This document shows positions 15,273-22,635 of a DNA stretch of 28,523 nt, piece after piece (the first letter of the stretch is position 1; each line of letters begins with the position of its first letter). The position numbers were made by a program, and so were the translations under genes. The notes below the pieces were generated by a model. It made no database searches. It worked only from the letters and a program-made list of their open reading frames with translations, and was not told where the DNA came from. Origin of the DNA: a virus (taxonomy: Duplodnaviria > Caudoviricetes); IMG/VR virus record IMGVR_UViG_3300032239_001561, positions 1 to 28,523 of that record; one strand, 5' to 3'.

Positions 15273-16128
15273 AACAGTTACAATCTCCAAATCTTTGAAG
15301 CTGGATTGCGGCGTTTATTGCATAATCAATTTGTTGAATGGAATGGTTTATGTCGGCTCCAGCAAGGCTATTCAAATAAGGATAAAGAATCACCTAAAAG
15401 CCGCAAGGCTTGGGCATCAAGGTTTTCTTTATGGGGAAATCAGGAGATTTGGAGTTGAAAATTTCGATTGGGAAACAGTTGAGATTTGCGGAGGGGGCGA
15501 GAGGCTGGAGAGGGAAAAGTTCTGGATAATGTTTTACAACAGCGTTTACCCAAACGGATACAATTTACGCAAAGACCCAACTCTTACCGGTGGATATGAA
15601 TTTTGGACTCCGGAATTGAGGAAAAGAATTTCTGACCACTTTTCCAATAAGCCTCTCCCCGAAGAGCATTGCAAAAAGATTTCAGAAGCCTCCAAAAGAA
15701 ACGCGGCGGCTGGATTAAATTCAGGTTTGTTGAAAAGTCAATTCAGAAGCCAAGAGCATGAGGTGAATTGGAGAAAAACAATGATGGGCAACACTTTTCA
15801 AAATGGCAAGAAGCAATCCGAGGAAACGATAAAAAAGAGGGTCGCAAAGCTAATTGGGAAAAAGAGAACGCCGGAGATGAGGAAGAGGCTTTCAGAGCTT
15901 GCGAAGGGAAGAGTGTTTTCAGAAGAACATCGCAGGAATATATCACTTTCTCATAAAGGAAAGGGGCATCCGTCAACGCCTGAAACGAATGCCAAAATCA
16001 GCGCGGCGTTGACTGGCAAGAAGTTGTCTGCGGAACACCGCGCAACGCTTTCTGCAGCGCATGCGGGAAAGCCTTGGAGTGAAAAGCGGAGAGCCTCGTA
16101 TTTGGCTAGAAAAGCGAGGACGGCTTGA
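15265..16128 (+). CDS. Free-standing GIY-YIG homing endonuclease with NUMOD3-like repeats
   Basis: GVYCIINLLNGMVYVGSS...R..H...ERE...NGYN; repeated SEEHRRNISLSHKG-like units. Confidence 0.9.
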   Translation: MLETVTISKSLKLDCGVYCIINLLNGMVYVGSSKAIQIRIKNHLKAARLGHQGFLYGEIRRFGVENFDWETVEICGGGERLEREKFWIMFYNSVYPNGYNLRKDPTLTGGYEFWTPELRKRISDHFSNKPLPEEHCKKISEASKRNAAAGLNSGLLKSQFRSQEHEVNWRKTMMGNTFQNGKKQSEETIKKRVAKLIGKKRTPEMRKRLSELAKGRVFSEEHRRNISLSHKGKGHPSTPETNAKISAALTGKKLSAEHRATLSAAHAGKPWSEKRRASYLARKARTA

Positions 16129-17465
16129 GCGAGCTTTACATATCCAAACTGAAATTCAGAGGCGCGAACCTTGAATTCATCAAGGACAAATCCCACGAGC
16201 TTGTCCTCTGTTCTCCGGCGGACACAGGTAAAACCATGGCGTCTTGCTATAAAACTATAGTGATTTGCACACAAGTTCCAGGCATGCACGTCGCGATGGT
16301 TCGCAAAACATTTGCGTCAATCGGCGACTCCGTTTCCAAGACTTTTGAAAGAGTTGCGAAGGGATTGGCAATCAGGAAAATTGGTGGAACTAGGGCTGAG
16401 AGATATGTCTTCAAAAATGGTTCTGAGATAGTTCTAATAGGGCTAGACCGTGCGGAAAAATTGTTAAGCAGCGAATGGTCGCTCATTCAAGTCTGTCAGG
16501 CTGAGGAACTTACAGAATCCGAATGGGAAATCGCAGCTTCTCGCGTGACGGGTCGCGGTACGGAATACGCTCATCCTCAAATATTTGCGGATTGCAATCC
16601 GAGCAATTCCAAGCACTGGCTGCGCACCCGCAAATCAATAAAGCTCATCACCGGCTCCCACAAGGATAACCCAGAACTTTACGACGACAGCGGCGAACTG
16701 ACCAAGGAAGGCGCACGCCGCATGAAGATGGCGGACGAGATGTATACCGGCGTCCGTCGGCAGCGTCTGCTTTACGGAATCTGGGCAACGGCGGAAGGCG
16801 CGGTCTATGATTTGTTCCAACCCGACGTCCACGTTCAGGTCAGGCCGATGAGCGATTTCAAGCAATTCTTCCTCGCCATTGACGAAGGGTATACGAATCC
16901 AGCCGTCATCCTTTGCGTTGGGGAAGACTCCGATGGGCGGCTGCACATCTTTAGGGAGTTCTACAAGACCAAGCAGCTGCAGTCAATCGTTGTGGAGCAA
17001 GCCTTGAGCTGGGCGCGGGAACTTGGAAATCCCCTCATCACCTGCGACGAAGCTGGTGCTGGATTGATTGCCGACTTGCGAGCGCAGGGGTTGAACGTAG
17101 TTGGAGCCAAAGGCCGCACGCCAGAATCAACCGGCAAGCACATCATCATGGACGGCGTCAAGGCTGTGCAAGACCGGCTCAAAGTGCAAGGGGACGGAAA
17201 GCCTCGGTTGACGGTTGACCCAGCTTGCACGAACACCATTAACGAATTCGAAAGTTATGCGTTCAAAAAGGGCACTTCTGGCCAACTCGACAAGGACGAA
17301 CCGGAGAAGATGTTTGACCACGCCATGGACGCACTGCGCTACCTCGTAGCCCAGCGGATGACGCAGACAGGATTCGCTTCGGCAGCGGGCTTCGTTGAAA
17401 GCTCCGGCGGCGTGTTCGGAGAAACCTGGGAAGTTGACCTGTTGTCACCAGAATCATTCTCATGA
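16125..17465 (+). CDS. terL: Terminase large subunit (PBSX-like)
   Basis: Walker A SPADTGKT, DCNP, nuclease AIDEGYTNP and DHAMDALRY. Confidence 0.93.
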   Translation: MSELYISKLKFRGANLEFIKDKSHELVLCSPADTGKTMASCYKTIVICTQVPGMHVAMVRKTFASIGDSVSKTFERVAKGLAIRKIGGTRAERYVFKNGSEIVLIGLDRAEKLLSSEWSLIQVCQAEELTESEWEIAASRVTGRGTEYAHPQIFADCNPSNSKHWLRTRKSIKLITGSHKDNPELYDDSGELTKEGARRMKMADEMYTGVRRQRLLYGIWATAEGAVYDLFQPDVHVQVRPMSDFKQFFLAIDEGYTNPAVILCVGEDSDGRLHIFREFYKTKQLQSIVVEQALSWARELGNPLITCDEAGAGLIADLRAQGLNVVGAKGRTPESTGKHIIMDGVKAVQDRLKVQGDGKPRLTVDPACTNTINEFESYAFKKGTSGQLDKDEPEKMFDHAMDALRYLVAQRMTQTGFASAAGFVESSGGVFGETWEVDLLSPESFS

Positions 17466-17650
17466 AAATCCTAAAAGGCAAATTCTCAGACAAAACCACC
17501 GGCAAACGCTGTCTGGCGATTGAGTTCGCTGCAGAAGGTGAAGTCGTAACGATTCCAATCCTGAACGCCGCCACTGACCCGACCAAACCGGCGGAATCAG
17601 GACTATGGCCGAAGGAAACCTTCAGTAACAGGTTCGTTCAGGTCGGCTAG
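17462..17650 (+). CDS. Hypothetical protein (62 aa)
   Basis: ATGA overlap with terL. Confidence 0.5.
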   Translation: MKILKGKFSDKTTGKRCLAIEFAAEGEVVTIPILNAATDPTKPAESGLWPKETFSNRFVQVG

Positions 17651-17832
17651 AATGCGGTTTAAACGCTCTAGAATTGGTTTGGAGGAGCTTTTGAGGCGGA
17701 AACGGAGCTTTGCCGCTCCTTATAAAAGGCTCGCGCTCGCGGAAACAAGTTTATTTCATTGAGGATGAGGGAGTTAGGAAGAAAATGAAAATAAATGTTT
17801 TTGAGGATGGGAAAGCGGACGATAGAGGTGAG

Positions 17833-17949
17833 TTCTCCTGATAAGGGAATGGCGTTATGCGTTTAACAACATCTTTAAGAATAGAGACCGCGATATCAAA
17901 AAGCCGGAAGGCTTCTTCGCCGCTGCGCAAGTTCCCTTATCAATCGCGG
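17833..17949 (+). ncRNA. Second structured leader / antisense-like RNA candidate
   Basis: TGATAAGGGAA (17839-17849) is perfectly complementary to TTCCCTTATCA (17932-17942), which lies inside the stem CCGCGAT/ATCGCGG (17888-17894/17943-17949). Confidence 0.4.
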
Positions 17950-17958
17950 GATTGAACT

Positions 17959-17996
17959 GGGTGAGTCGGCCTAAGAACCGGCTCACCCTTTTATTT
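17959..17996 (+). terminator. Rho-independent terminator or attenuator
   Basis: GGGTGAGTCGG-cctaagaa-CCGGCTCACCC followed by TTTTATTT. Confidence 0.7.
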
Positions 17997-18022
17997 CGCT
18001 CGGGAGCAGAAATCTCATCAAT

Positions 18023-18925
18023 ATGAAAGCCGAAAAGTTAGTCCGCATCGAGGGCGACTCCAACCAGTGGAGCGTCGCCATAACCCGCCAAACCATTCAA
18101 AGAATCATCTCCCACCCAAACCCCAAGGCCAAAACCGGAGACATGATTGCGCTGTGGATGTTTTACGCTTACACCGCAAGATGGCAGGAAGTCAATCAGC
18201 CCAAGGCGACCACATCTTACACCGCGAAGGGCTTGAGGTGGAGCCAAGAAAGGGTTAAGAAGACCAAGAATCTGCTGAAGGGGCTTGGGTTAATCGAGGA
18301 TGCCGTTCGCAAGGATGCAAGCGGCAAAGTCGTGGGGTGGTATATTCGGGTATTTCACCTCGCTTCCAGCCACTCGACGGAAAACCCAGGGGGTGGTGAA
18401 CACGGCGACAAATGCTCTAGGAGTATTAGATTAAATGCTCAAGGAAAGAAGTCTGAAGAGTCTGAAGGGACGGTTTCTCTGAAACCGCGCTTCTTTTCAG
18501 TGCTAAAAGCTAAACAAGAAGCTGGAGGAACAGAAATTGGGAAACGGGCATCTTCTAAACAACGCGGCGTTTCTTCACAAATGAAGCCGCGTTTGTCTTT
18601 CAAAGAACGCGAAGATTGTTCCGCCGCGCCGCAGTCTTCCGCGCCGACCAAGGTTTCGCATGCCGGACAGAGAGCCGCTTTGGCCGATTTCCCAGAACCG
18701 CATCCCGATTCAATCCCGTCAAGGCTGGAGTTCGACGAGTTTCTGTCGGAAAACATGCTGTTCTCGGTATTGGAGCACAGGCCTCAAATTTACGAAGAAC
18801 TGACTTCAACTAAATGGGCGAGGTGGTGTTCTAAGAGCCTCAGGTGGAAGAGGATACGCAATTGGAAAAACTTCATATATGGCTTGGATTCCAAAATTCT
18901 GTCTAGCGAATCTGGATTATCATGA
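18023..18925 (+). CDS. Second replication-initiator-like winged-HTH protein
   Basis: ALWMFYAYTARWQ..NQPKATTSYTAKGLRWSQERVKKTKNLLKGLGLIE; disordered linker; C-terminal RIRNWK. Confidence 0.65.
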   Translation: MKAEKLVRIEGDSNQWSVAITRQTIQRIISHPNPKAKTGDMIALWMFYAYTARWQEVNQPKATTSYTAKGLRWSQERVKKTKNLLKGLGLIEDAVRKDASGKVVGWYIRVFHLASSHSTENPGGGEHGDKCSRSIRLNAQGKKSEESEGTVSLKPRFFSVLKAKQEAGGTEIGKRASSKQRGVSSQMKPRLSFKEREDCSAAPQSSAPTKVSHAGQRAALADFPEPHPDSIPSRLEFDEFLSENMLFSVLEHRPQIYEELTSTKWARWCSKSLRWKRIRNWKNFIYGLDSKILSSESGLS

Positions 18926-18929
18926 CCTT

Positions 18930-19148
18930 ATGAACACCGCCTCACACCCATCCGAAATCACCCTCACCGAAGCCAACCGCCGTCACGACCAGAAGTTCGG
19001 CATCAGCCGCATTAGCGAATACTGGGGAAAATCCATCCGTTCAACTTGGAACGAACGCCATGCGCTGATGGGCAAGCCGCTAACCGACCGGAAGATTGCG
19101 AAGTATCAGGAAGAAGGCGTTTACGAAGGACGGCGAAAATCTGTTTGA
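18930..19148 (+). CDS. Hypothetical protein
   Basis: ATG 18930 is 4 nt after the upstream stop; 3' end overlaps the convergent sigma gene. Confidence 0.45.
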   Translation: MNTASHPSEITLTEANRRHDQKFGISRISEYWGKSIRSTWNERHALMGKPLTDRKIAKYQEEGVYEGRRKSV

Positions 19149-19702
19149 TGAAGCAACTGCGTTCTGATTTTGCGCAGCGCGGATATTCGAATCTGGCTTA
19201 TTCTTGAAGTCGTCACACCCAAAGCAACCGCAGCGTCCCGCGCAGGCCGCTCTTGCAGAAGAACAATCTCAACAACGATTTCTTCGTTTGAACTAAAATG
19301 GCAACGACGAATCTCCTCCGTTAAATCCCGCAAGCGTTGACCCAATGGCTTCTGCTCCGCTGAAACCAACTCCGAGACCCTTCTCCCGTCAACCTCCTTG
19401 TCCAAATGAATCTTTTCAACCTTGCACCCACGGCGTTCTTGTTGGCGCGGTGTTCGTCCAAGCTCCTTCCTTAGCGCATCACTCATCCGGCGTTTGAAGA
19501 AACAGCGGAAGAAGGCCTCGAATGCGCCGCTGCCGTTCCACTTTTGGCACGCCTCCCAAAGCGCATTCTGAGCGATTGAAAAGTTTTCATCGAAGTCTGA
19601 ATTTGGGAATCTAGCCTTGGCTTCTTGAGCAACCTTTTTGGCGACGGGAAGATATTCGCTTAACAGCGATTCGGGGTCAGCTTTAATGCTGGCGGCTGGC
19701 AC
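19121..19702 (-). CDS. Phage-encoded sigma70-family factor (FliA/WhiG/SigF-like, regions 2 and 4)
   Basis: YLPVAKKVA...ALWEACQKW...AFEAF...MSDALRK (region 2); AAVALGVTTSRISQIRISALRKIR (region 4); GTG start. Confidence 0.85.
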   Translation of the reverse strand: MPAASIKADPESLLSEYLPVAKKVAQEAKARFPNSDFDENFSIAQNALWEACQKWNGSGAFEAFFRCFFKRRMSDALRKELGRTPRQQERRGCKVEKIHLDKEVDGRRVSELVSAEQKPLGQRLRDLTEEIRRCHFSSNEEIVVEIVLLQERPARDAAVALGVTTSRISQIRISALRKIRTQLLHQTDFRRPS

Positions 19703-19792
19703 TCGAGCAATTAAAGCGCAAGTCGTTGCAAAAGAAAAGCCAAAAGTTGCTTTTCAACAAACTATTTTCAGCCGATAGGGTAGGTTGAAGGC

Positions 19793-21523
19793 TTGAAGAT
19801 ACCTTTTACAAATTTTCAGTTCCAAATGCCGTTCATTCGGGCGATGTCCCAAGTGAATCCTTACGGCGTCCCGCCTCCAGCTGGCAACGACGGCGATTTG
19901 CCCGCTCGCGCAGTCAATGCAGACCCAATGGGAGATTGGTATCTCGCGCTTCCAAGCAAGCTCCCGCCCAAAGAGATTGAGTCCATTCTACGGATGGCAT
20001 TGGCTGGAAATCCTTGGCAATCATATCAACTTACACAGCGCATGCGGGACAGCTGGCCGATGTTCAAGAAGTGCGAGTTTGAACTTCGTTCCGCCATTTC
20101 CAATTCAACTTTTGTAGTTCATCCTTACACTCTCCCTGGCGAAGAACCTTCTGACACCGCCAAGGAGAAAGCGGAATTGGTTCGGCGCACCATCGAAGGC
20201 TTCAAGCCTGACCGCTTTGCCGAGGAAGGCGGCTTCCGCGACCTCGTGTTCGACATCACTGACGCCATCCTCAACGGCGTATCCATCGTCGAGTTGATTT
20301 GGGACGAGGATGCCCGCGACCCGCAGGGCAACAAGGAGAAGCGCATAAAGTCCGCTGCGTTTGTTCATCCTCGTCATTACAGCTGGCGAGCAGACGGAAC
20401 TGTCGGCGTTGCCTCCAGCGAAACAACCAACTGGCTTGCCTTTCCGTCTCAACGCGACCCAGTTCAGTTGCTGAACAATCCTTCAAAGTTCATTGTCGCG
20501 AAGGTCAAGAGCAAATCCGGAACTCCGCTCGGCGCAGGCTTCATGCGCCCACTTGCATTGATGTGGCCGATGATTGTCTATGGCCGCGACTGGATGATGA
20601 ATTTCGCCCAGAAGTATGGTAATCCCTTCATGGATATTCCGTATCAGGCCGGTATTGGTGAGGCTGAAGTCGCAAAGTTTGAACGCATCGCAAGCCGCGC
20701 TGCAAATCAAGGCTATTGCGTTCACCCAAATAGCGGCGAGGTGAAAATCACCCCCGCCCAAACCATGGGTGGCGGCAATGCTCATGTTGAACTCGCCAAG
20801 ATGGCTGACGAGGCTTGCCAAATCTTGATGCTCGGGCAAACGCTCACAAGCAACACCCCATCATCCGGTGGCGGCAGTCGCGCTCAAGGTGCGGTGCACG
20901 AGAACGTTCGCCAGGAACGCATCGAAGGCTTGCTCAAATGGGTGGCTGGAATCCTCACCGAACAACTCGTCGAAAGCCTCCTCATCGAGAACTACGGCAA
21001 TAGCGATGAGCGGCCAACCATTGCGCCTGACCTCACCCGCCCGCTGGATGCGCTCGAACAAGCCCAATTCCTCACGGCGTTGTCCACTTGCACTGTTCCA
21101 CTGCCGGTCGAAGACACTTACAAGAAGCTCGGAATCATCGCTCCGGCGGCTGGCGACCAAGTGCTCATCAGCGGCAAGATTGGCTTGCTTGTGGACACTG
21201 AGACCGAGATTGAGGCAAATCCGCAAGAGCCGCCTCCCGTCAGTTACGACGAGAACGGTTTACCGATGTCCAATGCGGACGGCAGCTATCCGGCTCCGCC
21301 CATACCGCCAGTGCCTGCAGCTGATAAAAGCGCGGGTGGCGACAATTTGACCAAGGCCAAGTTCAGCGGGACACGCTTACGAACTATACTTGCAACATTG
21401 CCCGAGAACGAACTCGCCGAGGTCAAAAAACTCACAATCGCTGCCAAGGAGGCACCGCATCAAAATGGGGAGTTGAAAGCTCTCAATGAAAAGCTGATGA
21501 AGCTATCAGGAGGTCGCCAATGA
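19793..21523 (+). CDS. Portal protein, Mu gp29 / DUF935-like
   Basis: DAILNGVSIVELIW, PLGAGFMR, WMMNFAQKYGNP, MLGQTLTS, GSRAQGAVHENVR. Confidence 0.9.
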   Translation: MKIPFTNFQFQMPFIRAMSQVNPYGVPPPAGNDGDLPARAVNADPMGDWYLALPSKLPPKEIESILRMALAGNPWQSYQLTQRMRDSWPMFKKCEFELRSAISNSTFVVHPYTLPGEEPSDTAKEKAELVRRTIEGFKPDRFAEEGGFRDLVFDITDAILNGVSIVELIWDEDARDPQGNKEKRIKSAAFVHPRHYSWRADGTVGVASSETTNWLAFPSQRDPVQLLNNPSKFIVAKVKSKSGTPLGAGFMRPLALMWPMIVYGRDWMMNFAQKYGNPFMDIPYQAGIGEAEVAKFERIASRAANQGYCVHPNSGEVKITPAQTMGGGNAHVELAKMADEACQILMLGQTLTSNTPSSGGGSRAQGAVHENVRQERIEGLLKWVAGILTEQLVESLLIENYGNSDERPTIAPDLTRPLDALEQAQFLTALSTCTVPLPVEDTYKKLGIIAPAAGDQVLISGKIGLLVDTETEIEANPQEPPPVSYDENGLPMSNADGSYPAPPIPPVPAADKSAGGDNLTKAKFSGTRLRTILATLPENELAEVKKLTIAAKEAPHQNGELKALNEKLMKLSGGRQ

Positions 21524-22635
21524 CTACCGAAGATGCATTGATTGAAATCATGGAAGAGCGTGCGCTAATCGTCAAGGCCGGTGCACCGTTCGGCAACCGG
21601 AACGCGGCGAAAGACCACACCCTTCAAGACGGAACGACCGTTAGATACAAGGTTGAGCACGGCGGAACAATCAGGAACTCAAGGAACGACATTTCAAATC
21701 CAGGTTTTTACGAGGACAAGGAAAGCGGTCATGTTCAGACCAGCGTTGATTATGCGCACTCAGACGGAAGCTCTCATTCGCAAGTCGTTTCACACCCATT
21801 CAGCAGCGGCAAAGAGCGGGACGAAATAATCAGCCGACAAAACAAGGCGTTCGAGGACTCAAAATCTGAAGTCCATAAGGACTGGCGGTCGTTTGGAAAA
21901 TCATTGAGCCAAAAGGCTGGCGTGATGTGGAGCGTGAAAGCCTCCTCCGCCTCAATCCTCGCTGACCTCGTTAAAGCCGGTGCGCCATTCGGCAACCGCA
22001 ACGCCTCCAAAGGCTATTCCACAGAACACGCTCAAGGGCAAGCTGACGCATCAACCGACGAGCACGGCTCCAAAGCCGCTTACCTCGCCAGCGTGAAGGC
22101 CATCAAGTCTGGTTCTCAGGAAGACCACGCGGCGGCTCGCAACGCGCACATTGGTGCGGCTCATAGCCTGAACGCGGCTTCTCGCGGTAACATCCTTTCT
22201 CCACTGAACGACAAGCGCAACGACCATTTGTCCTACGCTCAATTCCATCGCGGCAAAACCGGCTATATGACCGGCTCGTCCGAGGAAGTGCTGAAGGATT
22301 TGGTAAAAGCCGGAGCTCCGGTCGGCAACACCAATGCTGCCAAAGACCACATGAGCTCCGAGGAACAGTCTTCCCGCAACGCTGAGGCGATGAAGGAGCA
22401 CGACTCCATACGTCACAACGCCCAAATCCACGACCCGAAGCAGTTCATGGCGCACACCGCCTCAATATCCGCTCACGAGACCAGCGACAAGACGCTCGAT
22501 GGCCGCGCAACCCATGAGGAAGCCGCTGCCGCGCATGGAGTCGCTGAGAAGCTCCACCGCGAGTTGGGCAACAGCGAGTATGCCGATAAGCATGCGGCGA
22601 TGGTATCGTTCCATAACAACCGCATCAACCGCTAA
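21520..22635 (+). CDS. Modular head-associated protein with three VKA-GAPxGNxNA repeats
   Basis: Repeats start at 21571, 21970 and 22303; His-rich modules lie between them. Confidence 0.75.
   Translation: MTTEDALIEIMEERALIVKAGAPFGNRNAAKDHTLQDGTTVRYKVEHGGTIRNSRNDISNPGFYEDKESGHVQTSVDYAHSDGSSHSQVVSHPFSSGKERDEIISRQNKAFEDSKSEVHKDWRSFGKSLSQKAGVMWSVKASSASILADLVKAGAPFGNRNASKGYSTEHAQGQADASTDEHGSKAAYLASVKAIKSGSQEDHAAARNAHIGAAHSLNAASRGNILSPLNDKRNDHLSYAQFHRGKTGYMTGSSEEVLKDLVKAGAPVGNTNAAKDHMSSEEQSSRNAEAMKEHDSIRHNAQIHDPKQFMAHTASISAHETSDKTLDGRATHEEAAAAHGVAEKLHRELGNSEYADKHAAMVSFHNNRINR

Noticed and set aside
15241-16128. Group I intron or intein in the terminase
   Set aside because: TerL appears complete with its own start after the endonuclease, and there is no non-coding room for an intron core.
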